Positions 39,057 through 47,478 of a stretch of 64,000 bases of DNA are shown here, piece after piece (positions within the stretch are counted from its first letter, which is position 1; each line of letters begins with the position of its first letter). The stretch spans positions 1 to 64,000 of IMG/VR virus record IMGVR_UViG_3300025096_000009; one strand, given 5' to 3'. The translations under genes were made by a program, and so were the position numbers. This stretch comes from a virus. The notes under the pieces were generated by a model. It ran no database searches. It was given only the letters and a program-made list of their open reading frames with translations, and was not told where the DNA came from.

Positions 39057-39440
39057 ATGGCTACTCGCACCATTGAAGGCACTCTAGACACACAAAGCGT
39101 TGACGCTGGCTCTGAGATTACTTATCTCGGTTCTACAGCTGCAGCAAATCCTGGCGAAGCTATTAGAGGGTTTCGTATTAATCCAGGTGGCACTGGCGAC
39201 ATCAAGGTAACACTTGACCGCAGTAACTCCATCAATACTATGGAGATTTTCCAAGAGGATGCTTATACAGGCGGAAGTGCACCTAACGGCTATAAAAAAT
39301 TTACTAATATTGCTAGAGATGGAAAAGGTAAAGGGGCAGTAGCAGTAACAGTAACTAATGCAGCTAAGAATTATGTTGTTCTCTTGAAGTTAGACGGCTA
39401 TTCTAGTGTTAGCTACAGCGGAAGCGTTGTCGTCCCATAA
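39057..39440 (+). CDS. Small beta-sandwich protein, probably structural
   Basis: High-expression codons, beta-strand composition. Confidence 0.5.
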   Translation: MATRTIEGTLDTQSVDAGSEITYLGSTAAANPGEAIRGFRINPGGTGDIKVTLDRSNSINTMEIFQEDAYTGGSAPNGYKKFTNIARDGKGKGAVAVTVTNAAKNYVVLLKLDGYSSVSYSGSVVVP

Positions 39441-40173
39441 GAAAAAGAAAGTTCAAGATAGGTGGAAAGAACATCCTTTTCTCACCAGAAGGGGTATTAA
39501 TTTAATAAAAACTCACTCAATGCCTCGTACTCACATCGGTATGGGGCGTTATGCTGCTTATAAGGACTATGGGGAGGATATTTGGCGTATTGGATATGGA
39601 AGTACAAAATTAGGGAAAAGATGGCTCAGTGCTTCAGATAAGGCTACTAGGGAAGAGATTGATTTACAGCTTGAAGAAGATTTAAAAGAGTTCTCTGATT
39701 TAGTAGCTAAATATGTTTTAGTACCTTTAAACCTTAATAGAAGAGCAGCTGTTCTTAGCTTTGCTCATAGCATTGGGATATCATCGTTAAAGACTTGTCG
39801 TTTATTAGAACTAATTAACGGTTCTGCCAGTAAGAACACGCTTATTAAGGAGTGGAGTCCTTATATCAACAGAATTTGGATGTCTGGTGGGGATCTGATG
39901 AGAGATAGACGTCGGGTTGAGCTTGATACCTATTTTTCGGCGGATAAGGATATTCCCACTCTTGTTCCTCATCACTGTCGGTTGAAGAAATGCTTATTAA
40001 ATCTCCCTGAGACTTATACTGGGGCTCCCAATCAGTTGAAAGCAATTGAATATCTTGAGAGAAAGTTACTTCAGTGGGATCCTTCTGAAGAGACTCTTCG
40101 TCAGTTTTTCCGGTATTGGACTCAGAAGCCCACTGGTCTAGGATCTCCGCCGCCTCGGGCTCGAAATGTTTAA
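39406..40173 (+). CDS. GH24 phage lysozyme homolog with altered catalytic residues and C-terminal extension
   Basis: GINLIK...AYKD...WRIGYGST, AAVLSFAHSIG, RRRVE; start uncertain. Confidence 0.7.
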   Translation: MLATAEALSSHKKKKVQDRWKEHPFLTRRGINLIKTHSMPRTHIGMGRYAAYKDYGEDIWRIGYGSTKLGKRWLSASDKATREEIDLQLEEDLKEFSDLVAKYVLVPLNLNRRAAVLSFAHSIGISSLKTCRLLELINGSASKNTLIKEWSPYINRIWMSGGDLMRDRRRVELDTYFSADKDIPTLVPHHCRLKKCLLNLPETYTGAPNQLKAIEYLERKLLQWDPSEETLRQFFRYWTQKPTGLGSPPPRARNV

Positions 40174-40240
40174 GCATGTCTAGTGCATCCATCAGTTGGA
40201 GTTCAGGAGTGTAATTTTCTATGAAGGTTTTGTACTGCAT
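39866..40240 (-). CDS. Acidic hypothetical protein convergently overlapping the lysozyme homolog
   Basis: Continues the minus-strand operon; helical acidic N-terminus. Confidence 0.45.
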   Translation of the reverse strand: MQYKTFIENYTPELQLMDALDMLKHFEPEAAEILDQWASESNTGKTDEESLQKDPTEVTFSQDIQLLSTDWEPQYKSQGDLISISSTDSDEEQEWEYPYPPKNRYQAQPDVYLSSDPHQTSKFC

Positions 40241-40539
40241 GAAGGAAGAGCCTTTGGTTGATCTGCTTGATTCTTTAAACCTATTTTAAGCAGTACTAAA
40301 TAGCCGATTAAGTCCATAATGACGTCTTCATCCTCGCCAATCAACCCCACTCCTTTCTGAATTCGGTTTAATTTGTCGTCAATTCTGACTAATAACTGCT
40401 CAACTGCACTTGATTTACTAAATATACGAGCTGGTTCAAGAGCAGAATTGCCATATTTCTTATTTTTGTACAGTAAAAGTTCTTTTACATCATCACAGAC
40501 AGCTGCTATTTCAAGTTGAGTTCCTGTCATTTCTAACAT
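40219..40539 (-). CDS. DUF1599/nucleotide-modification-associated (Nmad1-like) helical protein
   Basis: KNKKYGNS, VRIDDKLNRI, EDVIMDLIGY. Confidence 0.75.
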   Translation of the reverse strand: MLEMTGTQLEIAAVCDDVKELLLYKNKKYGNSALEPARIFSKSSAVEQLLVRIDDKLNRIQKGVGLIGEDEDVIMDLIGYLVLLKIGLKNQADQPKALPSCSTKPS

Positions 40540-40557
40540 GGATCTTAAAATCTCAAT

Positions 40558-41184
40558 TTAGCAGATAACTCTGCCTAAATTAGAAAAAATTTCTTCAAAT
40601 CTCTTGGTTTGATCAAAACCAAACTCCAAACTTGGTAGATATATAAAGTAGCCCCAATACATTGGTGATTTCAAGGTATATAACTTCTTTCCATGTATAG
40701 TATTTGCCCTATCAGTCGGTATGCAGACTGGAAAATCCCACATTTCGGGACAAATTCTAATCATTTCCGGATAAATTGTATAAAAGAGAGCTTCTGGTAT
40801 ATTTCTGAGCTTCCATTCTTTTACTAAACGTCTAAACCAAATTACAGAGGGTGCTTTAGCGGCTGCACCAGCTCTTACGCTCCATCTCCACGTCCCTCTT
40901 TCCTTACTGAACGAACAACGGCCAAATGTTGGTGGAAATAAGTATGTTTTACCTGTCCAAGGTTCTTGAATATTTAAACCATCTTCTTTTAGGGTATATA
41001 TTTTTTTAGCCCTTAAAAACTCAGCATTTGCGCTGTGAGTGGAACATGGATCTAAGTCAATATCACCTAGAAGAGCATAGATATAGGGTAAATATTCAGC
41101 AGGAGTTAGCCAGTCGTCATTAAGGTGAGCTATTCGTCCTAAGACAAATTTATAATTCGCCCACCGTAGCTTTTTCTTATTCAC
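40558..41184 (-). CDS. Phage N6-adenine DNA methyltransferase homolog with degenerate motif IV
   Basis: WLTP, IDLDPCS, EDGL...W.G..YLFPPTF where NPPY is expected. Confidence 0.65.
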   Translation of the reverse strand: MNKKKLRWANYKFVLGRIAHLNDDWLTPAEYLPYIYALLGDIDLDPCSTHSANAEFLRAKKIYTLKEDGLNIQEPWTGKTYLFPPTFGRCSFSKERGTWRWSVRAGAAAKAPSVIWFRRLVKEWKLRNIPEALFYTIYPEMIRICPEMWDFPVCIPTDRANTIHGKKLYTLKSPMYWGYFIYLPSLEFGFDQTKRFEEIFSNLGRVIC

Positions 41185-41588
41185 ATCATTTTTATAAAAT
41201 CAGCCCCTTCATTGTCATGTTTGTAGTGTATAAGTTCCATTTTCTCTTGATCTTGGATGATAAATAGTGATTCCTTACCAAATTCTAGTTTTTCAGCGTG
41301 AGTTATTGCCTTCTGCATCACCTCTGCAACTCCAGTCATATCCCTGTTATTAAAGTCATTAAGAGCATTCATTAAGTGATCTACGGTTAAATAGAACATG
41401 CTTTTCTTCTCTGGTGCATCTGGAACATAAACCATTGCTCCAGGTCCTTCTTTTTTATAGAACTCGGCATAGAACTCACACATATCGGCACAGATGCGCT
41501 CGATAGTTAATTTCAGTAGTTTTGCTTCATCGTCATTTTTCACCGTGTGAAGAAGTTTTTTTAGTAGCTTGTTACGTCTGTTTGTCAT
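41181..41588 (-). CDS. Hypothetical protein
   Basis: ORF in operon. Confidence 0.55.
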   Translation of the reverse strand: MTNRRNKLLKKLLHTVKNDDEAKLLKLTIERICADMCEFYAEFYKKEGPGAMVYVPDAPEKKSMFYLTVDHLMNALNDFNNRDMTGVAEVMQKAITHAEKLEFGKESLFIIQDQEKMELIHYKHDNEGADFIKMM

Positions 41589-41613
41589 AAGATTCTCTAA
41601 CTGATTAAGTTTA

Positions 41614-42207
41614 TCAAGATTTTTCTTTATTTCCAGGCTTTTCTCTCAAGACTGATTTGATGAGGTGTCCTAATCCTGATTTTTTTAAGGTTTCTAAGAG
41701 CTTAGGTAGAGGTTGATATAGGACTACAGCTTTCTGCATGTTGCCAATTTTTTTTATTAATTTGCCATTTTCATCTCTTAATTTTGTCAATTCACCTTGG
41801 CGTATTAAATATTCTGCGACACATCGATAGCGACGTTTTTCTGCCAAGTTGATTTCTGGGTAGCGATCACAGATAGTACTTGTTCTCATATCGCTGAAGG
41901 TTAATCTGATTTGATCTGCTAAAGAGAGACCAAGCATTAAGTCTGTTGTACTCGTTTCATAGCTGCATATCAATTCAAGATACCTGTGTAGGTCTGCGTT
42001 TTCAAAGCTACCTGATGGAGGTATGAATATCTCTACTTGTTCGATTAGTGAATCTACTAAGAGGTCTCTATAGTTCTTAACTGTGACTGTGTTTATATCT
42101 AATTCGGAGAATCGATAACTTTGATAGACATTTTCATCTGTATCTATCGGTTCATATTCTGTTTGATTTAAAGCTTCAATCCACGCCTCGTTTTTTATAA
42201 CTGTCAT
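41614..42207 (-). CDS. Hypothetical protein (possible winged-helix C-terminus)
   Basis: VAEYLIRQGELTKL...VVLYQ pattern. Confidence 0.5.
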   Translation of the reverse strand: MTVIKNEAWIEALNQTEYEPIDTDENVYQSYRFSELDINTVTVKNYRDLLVDSLIEQVEIFIPPSGSFENADLHRYLELICSYETSTTDLMLGLSLADQIRLTFSDMRTSTICDRYPEINLAEKRRYRCVAEYLIRQGELTKLRDENGKLIKKIGNMQKAVVLYQPLPKLLETLKKSGLGHLIKSVLREKPGNKEKS

Positions 42208-42224
42208 TCGAGGTCCGAGGTTAT

Positions 42225-42614
42225 CTAAAGCTTAGCGGAGTTTTTATAATTATTCCATTGTTGGCGATGATCTATTTGAAGAACATACTCATAATATTCT
42301 CGAATATCTGCCATATGTTCGTCTATTGAGGTAACTAAATACCATTTAGATCCGTGAATTTCTTTTAGTCTTTTTTCGCATTTGGTTCTTGATCCACCAT
42401 AGTTTTCGGCTTCCCATATAGCTTTAGCAAAGTTTTTTTGAGTATGTGTAAGTAGGTTATTTTCCAAGTCATCTATAGACACTTGTGCTATAAGTTGGTT
42501 AAACTCTTTAAGGAAAGGATACTGTTTATCATGCGCCGACCCATTACTTATGCTGAGTTGCTCTTGATCCTCGCACTTTTGCCTGTTGGCGTTATCGGTG
42601 TTCAACATTTGCAC
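42225..42614 (-). CDS. Hypothetical protein
   Basis: ORF. Confidence 0.5.
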   Translation of the reverse strand: MQMLNTDNANRQKCEDQEQLSISNGSAHDKQYPFLKEFNQLIAQVSIDDLENNLLTHTQKNFAKAIWEAENYGGSRTKCEKRLKEIHGSKWYLVTSIDEHMADIREYYEYVLQIDHRQQWNNYKNSAKL

Positions 42615-42662
42615 GGGTTTGTGACAGATAGAATCAGTATAGAAGTTAAGCTTAAATAGACA

Positions 42663-43289
42663 ATGGGTAGGAAGTCACCTCCACCACCACAGGTTATAAT
42701 GCCTCCACCACCGCCACCTTCGACGATTGTGACGGATGTGACTCCTACGGAGACATACCAGGATGCAACGGATTATTTAAGACGTTTAGATGCACGTGAA
42801 GAAGCAATCGAGAAAAGAAGGTGGGATGCTGGAGAAACTCCTGGGAATATAAGATCCTCTCATGCAGCTATTAATTTACGAAATGCTGAATTAGCAAATA
42901 ATTTAGATCGTGGATCTTCATTCCCTGGAACACCTAATTTTGGATCTCAGACTAATCCAGGACTAATGTCTGGTACAGGTGCTGTTATGAGTACTTTAGG
43001 TACAGGTGCTAATACTGGTAGTACTAGTAGACAAGCACGAATTAGACCAGATCAAATGTCACCTACTGCTCAGGCAGCTGCTGTTACTGGACCTGAGGCT
43101 CGTCTTGCTAATGCTCAAAAAGCCTATTGGTTAGCGGAGCAACAGAAGAACAATGAGCAGTTTTCTTATCCTGATTTTGAAGAGCCTTCATGGGCTGATC
43201 GTGACTGGTATCCAGTTGTTGATAAATGGAAAGAACGGAGCGATAAAATTGAAGTAGATGACTCTCCACCTAGAGTAGTTTCTATGTAA
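42663..43289 (+). CDS. Disordered protein with Pro-rich N-terminus (virion-type)
   Basis: MGRKSPPPPQVIMPPPPPP. Confidence 0.55.
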   Translation: MGRKSPPPPQVIMPPPPPPSTIVTDVTPTETYQDATDYLRRLDAREEAIEKRRWDAGETPGNIRSSHAAINLRNAELANNLDRGSSFPGTPNFGSQTNPGLMSGTGAVMSTLGTGANTGSTSRQARIRPDQMSPTAQAAAVTGPEARLANAQKAYWLAEQQKNNEQFSYPDFEEPSWADRDWYPVVDKWKERSDKIEVDDSPPRVVSM

Positions 43290-43294
43290 TAGTC

Positions 43295-43972
43295 TTATTC
43301 GTCCACTTCTCCAAAGTTCAATATTTCATCATAGGTTTGTGTAATTAGGCCGAAGTTTATAGCTAAGTCATGACTATCTTTTACTAATCCCCAGTCGAGA
43401 ACATTGACGTTAATACTGATTGAATAGGTGGTTTCGAGATAACGTATATCATTTGTAATTAAGAATAGATATTCCCCAGGGTTTAACTTAGTAATGGGAT
43501 AGTCATCAGTTCCAATTTCGACCTCATCATCTAAGTAGTCAACAGCTCCTTCGTTATATACATAGCCATCATCATTAATTGGGAGTTCTTCTCGACGCTT
43601 ATCTTCAGTTATGCGATAAAAAGCTAGTAGTGTATTTTTATTTGTCTGCTCTTCGTAGGAAAATTGAGAATAATCTTGAGTAAATTGGACAGAGCGTGGC
43701 TCTACTAATTTTATTTTATAGAAAGTTGTTTGCTTACGAGATAATCCTCCATGAGAGTTCTTGATCGTGAATGATCGAAACACAGATGAGAAATCCCCTA
43801 AGTCAATCGGGTTATTAAGGTTATCTCCGTGCTCTTGAGGAAGTGGATCTGAACCATAATATGAATTAGGACCATAAGCAGTAGGACCTGCTCCACCAGT
43901 AGGATACGCTTCAACTGTTCCTAAGTTATAGAAACCTGTATTATTCGGAATTGTTGTCAGATACCTGCTCAT
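43295..43972 (-). CDS. Beta-sandwich (PPC-like) protein, possibly structural
   Basis: NPIDLG, TFYKIKL, LNPGEYLFLI, YSISI. Confidence 0.5.
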   Translation of the reverse strand: MSRYLTTIPNNTGFYNLGTVEAYPTGGAGPTAYGPNSYYGSDPLPQEHGDNLNNPIDLGDFSSVFRSFTIKNSHGGLSRKQTTFYKIKLVEPRSVQFTQDYSQFSYEEQTNKNTLLAFYRITEDKRREELPINDDGYVYNEGAVDYLDDEVEIGTDDYPITKLNPGEYLFLITNDIRYLETTYSISINVNVLDWGLVKDSHDLAINFGLITQTYDEILNFGEVDE

Positions 43973-44342
43973 ATTCTTCTTTTAAGCCAGTAAATAGTCC
44001 ATGCATAGGATGATCAGGGTCATCTCTGCCGGATTCTGTATATCGTTCATACATTATTCTAACTCGTTCAGCCATAGCCTTAACTCCTTCTCTGCCGGTG
44101 CCTTCTTCTTGCATTGTGGGGTAAGAATCATAATCTAAGGCAATTTCTAAATGTTTTAAAGCCCATTCAGCCCTTTCCTGATCTTCTGAGTCAAACCAAG
44201 CAGTGTAATGTGATTCACCACCTAATGTAACTACACCTGCATATTGTTTTTCATCTAAATGATAATTACTTGGGAAGACTTGACTACTTTTCGCTACTAT
44301 TTTTGGCCTCTTTGTCCTTGTGGTGCTGGAAGATGTCTCCAT
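43941..44342 (-). CDS. Hypothetical protein
   Basis: Start reassigned to METSSS ATG at 44342. Confidence 0.45.
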   Translation of the reverse strand: METSSSTTRTKRPKIVAKSSQVFPSNYHLDEKQYAGVVTLGGESHYTAWFDSEDQERAEWALKHLEIALDYDSYPTMQEEGTGREGVKAMAERVRIMYERYTESGRDDPDHPMHGLFTGLKEEYEQVSDNNSE

Positions 44343-45417
44343 GGTTGAGTCTGATTCTCTCAATTTCATTTGGCTCCGGATAATTTTTGAGTTCTTTGAT
44401 TGTAAGGTGTGTTGGGTTACAACAGAAGGCTTTGCATGTTGGTCTGCTAAAAATCCTATATTTACCTGTATAGCCACGACTTAACCAGAACGCCACCCTT
44501 GATGCTGATTGGGTTTTAGCTGAGTGGAAAGGAGACCCAGGAAAATAAGCTGTTGATTCAGTATTGTTTTTTCTTGTAGCACCTTGCCATAGCCAGCATT
44601 CATCGATTTCTTTTATATCAACTTGATCCCAGAAAGTTTTTACTTGCCAATACCAAGTTCGAAAATCAAAATTAGTGACATCTATGGAGCACCTTCCTTT
44701 TTTTATCTCCTCCATACAGTCAAGGCACTCTCCCATGAGCCCAAAATTACCTTTGTGGGTTGATTCTCCTTTTTGATGCCAAGGGCACTCTAATTCTTGT
44801 GTCATGTGATAGGCGAGATTAAATTTTTTAGCTTCAGTTGGGTAAGCAGTTGTTAGTTTTTCGCATGTTAGAAGCACTCCCTCCCAGATTTCCGTTAGAT
44901 TATCGGACTTAGGAGCATTTGCAACTTCTTCATATGTCTCATTATTACAGAGACGTCTAACAGTATGATAAGGAATTTTATAAACTTTAGATAATTTCAA
45001 ACTACTTATCCCTTCTTCACTTTCCACTCTTAATTTAGTTATTAAGTCATTATTTAAACCTATTTCTCTTTTTTGTGCATTTTCATATGCCACATCATTC
45101 CTAGTTCCCCAATAGTAATGAGATGGGTTTAAACAATACTGAGAGGTACAACAGGCTCTTCGAACAACTATTGAGTTATTTCCTTCACTATATTTTCCCG
45201 CCATTGAAAGCAATAGTGGTCGAGCATCTTTATTTTTATAGCGAAGTATCCTTGTTTTACTAGTTTTAAAACCTTGAAAGACAGCATTAGTATGCTTTTT
45301 CATGCACCAGCATTTATCTTTTCCTACGCCTTGGAATAAGATTTGAAATGCTTTAGCAAAGGCGATTTGGTCCTCTGGTGTAAGGGAGTCATCTAAAAAA
45401 GGAGAAGATTGGCTCAT
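44284..45417 (-). CDS. Tandem HNH/His-Cys-box-like Zn protein with HTH, likely nuclease-dead
   Basis: KCW...CLNPSHY and FW..V...ECWLWQG...CCNPTHL domains; HTH ISSLKLSKVYKIPYHTVRRL; CPWH...CLDC finger. Confidence 0.6.
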   Translation of the reverse strand: MSQSSPFLDDSLTPEDQIAFAKAFQILFQGVGKDKCWCMKKHTNAVFQGFKTSKTRILRYKNKDARPLLLSMAGKYSEGNNSIVVRRACCTSQYCLNPSHYYWGTRNDVAYENAQKREIGLNNDLITKLRVESEEGISSLKLSKVYKIPYHTVRRLCNNETYEEVANAPKSDNLTEIWEGVLLTCEKLTTAYPTEAKKFNLAYHMTQELECPWHQKGESTHKGNFGLMGECLDCMEEIKKGRCSIDVTNFDFRTWYWQVKTFWDQVDIKEIDECWLWQGATRKNNTESTAYFPGSPFHSAKTQSASRVAFWLSRGYTGKYRIFSRPTCKAFCCNPTHLTIKELKNYPEPNEIERIRLNHGDIFQHHKDKEAKNSSEK

Positions 45418-45478
45418 GCTGAGTAGGGTGAGGAATAGAGATTAACATAAAAGCCTGTCAGAGACAAGAAAATCATTC

Positions 45479-45817
45479 AACAGTCAAGTAGGAATTTTTT
45501 ACCCCTATATTATTTACTTCTAAGGATAGTGAGGTTAGGTACATGACTGTCAATATTTATATATACACTCTTATACCTAACCACAACATACACATACTTA
45601 AGTGAAACCCCCTTTATTTTTTTAAACTTGGGTGTTGATATCAAATCAGTTGTTGTGGAATAAGTTTCGAAGGAAGTGGAGTTGTTTTGTCGAGTTCCCC
45701 TACCCTGTTTTTAGGGTATTTTTAGCCTATTTTTAAATATCTGTACTTTGGGTTAGGTATTTGACTGTTAAATTTTGATTGAAAGTTATATTACACTCAG
45801 GACCCTAACCTCAACAT
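45479..45817. repeat. Duplicated dyad element in AT-rich intergenic DNA (origin/operator candidate)
   Basis: GGTTAGGTAnnTGACTGT at 45533 and 45751, each followed by TACACTC..CCTAACCnCAACAT. Confidence 0.7.
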
Positions 45818-45986
45818 GCTTTGAGAATTCTTCGAAGGTATCAGCAAATATAGTGGCTTCATCTTCGGTTTTTGCATAGCGGCACATTCCGCCTCCGTTA
45901 GAGCAGACTAAATGTCTTTTATGTCCTCTATTTTCAAAGACTTCTATTGTTGTTCCGTGCGGTAAGATTGTCATCTTATCTACCAT
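45786..45986 (-). CDS. Small hypothetical protein
   Basis: VCSNGGGMCRY motif. Confidence 0.5.
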   Translation of the reverse strand: MVDKMTILPHGTTIEVFENRGHKRHLVCSNGGGMCRYAKTEDEATIFADTFEEFSKHVEVRVLSVI

Positions 45987-46035
45987 TTCCCGATGATAAT
46001 ATTATAAGAGAAACCTTACGAATTATTGAGTAGAC

Positions 46036-46935
46036 ATGTCAGTATATGATAAATATCAAAAAGCCTGGGGTATTGAAAGCGGTTTACAAGCTGGTAAATC
46101 TTTTTTAAATAAATTTGTTCCTCGTGTTTTAGGTAACCCTGCTGTTAGAGGTGTTTTAAATAATCCAGTTGTAAGAGTAGGTGGTGGGGCTGCTTCAAAA
46201 TTATTTAGTCTTCCTGCTCAATTGTTTATTCATGAAGTAGCTAAGCCTAATCCTTGGGGTGATAAGAATTCTCCAATGTATGGCAAAGGACCAGGGAGTT
46301 TGGAATATGCAGCAGCTATAGAGAGGGCAAATGCAGCTGGTAGGAATAACCCTATTGAAGAAGATTATCTTATAACTCCCCCAGTAGAGGGATCAACGTC
46401 TGGGCCTAAAATATCTAACATTGGTGAAACACCTAAAGAGTTTCAAGTAGGTGGTAAGTATGGTCCTAGTGAAGAGGCTTTAATAGATATTGCGGATGAT
46501 GCAACTCTTTATAATGCGAAGGGTGACTATACAGGCGGTGTTTTACCAGAAGGAGATGGTATAGATCATCGTGCTACTTGGCTACACAATAGTCGTAATA
46601 GTCCGGCTGCTAAAGCGGGTCTTTCAGAAGATGCTAGATGGGGAACATATCTAGGGAATCAGGCATGGAGAAAAGATCAAGGTAGAAGCTATGACACATC
46701 TATAGATCATTTATTAAAGCCTTCTTCTGAGAATAAGAGACATTGGGATGTATTTGGTAATAAAGTTGTAATGGATGATAATCAGTCTGCTGTATCCCAG
46801 AAGGTAGATGCTTTTTTAGATACTGTTCCTGCAGAGGTTATTGAAGCAAATATAGCTAAGAATGATGCGGATAAAGCTAAGGTTAATAGTGGTGCGATGA
46901 CTGCTGCGGAATACTTCGGAACTAATATAAGATAG
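46036..46935 (+). CDS. Disordered virion-type protein
   Basis: AGKSFLNKF and QKVDAFLD motifs; NSPAAKAG. Confidence 0.55.
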   Translation: MSVYDKYQKAWGIESGLQAGKSFLNKFVPRVLGNPAVRGVLNNPVVRVGGGAASKLFSLPAQLFIHEVAKPNPWGDKNSPMYGKGPGSLEYAAAIERANAAGRNNPIEEDYLITPPVEGSTSGPKISNIGETPKEFQVGGKYGPSEEALIDIADDATLYNAKGDYTGGVLPEGDGIDHRATWLHNSRNSPAAKAGLSEDARWGTYLGNQAWRKDQGRSYDTSIDHLLKPSSENKRHWDVFGNKVVMDDNQSAVSQKVDAFLDTVPAEVIEANIAKNDADKAKVNSGAMTAAEYFGTNIR

Positions 46936-46973
46936 TTATAGCCTTATAATTAGTATAAATAGTTAATAAAGTA

Positions 46974-47195
46974 ATGAACGGCGCAGGATTTGATCCATCT
47001 GGTTTTGACATGACTGATATTGGTGATCCTCGGCGCCAATCGAAGTTACCTGGTGGGTATGCAACTCAGGGACAAGCAGTTAGTGCACCTTATGCGGATG
47101 CAAATAAGGCAGCAGCTGCAAAAACTAATCCTATGAATGCTGCTTCCCAAGGGATAGGCGATAGGGTTGATCATTTTCTTAGTCAATTGGGCTAA
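46974..47195 (+). CDS. Small disordered protein
   Basis: TATAAT upstream; ends DRVDHFLSQLG. Confidence 0.55.
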   Translation: MNGAGFDPSGFDMTDIGDPRRQSKLPGGYATQGQAVSAPYADANKAAAAKTNPMNAASQGIGDRVDHFLSQLG

Positions 47196-47422
47196 TGGGC
47201 GATAATGATTTCCCAGCAGTAATGGCCAACGGTGGTTGGGATGAAGCCAAAGATAAGGCATCTAAATGGAAGTCATATAGAAGTGGTTCATCTTCATATA
47301 GTCAATCTGGTACAGATATTCCTACTGGAGGCATGTATTCGAGGGGTGAAGCTACTGATGGATCCGACATAGCACCATATGGATATGAGGAATTTGGAGT
47401 TACTCCTAGTTTGTTAGGGTAA
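47195..47422 (+). CDS. Small disordered protein
   Basis: TAATG coupling. Confidence 0.5.
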   Translation: MGDNDFPAVMANGGWDEAKDKASKWKSYRSGSSSYSQSGTDIPTGGMYSRGEATDGSDIAPYGYEEFGVTPSLLG

Positions 47423-47478
47423 GTAGTAGGTTTTCTAAGCGTAAAATTAGATATATAGACTAAAGATTAGGCTGGTAG

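Noticed and set aside
44343-44477. Long overlap of 43941..44477 with the HNH-like gene
   Set aside because: A downstream ATG (44342) gives a more plausible start with only a 59-nt overlap
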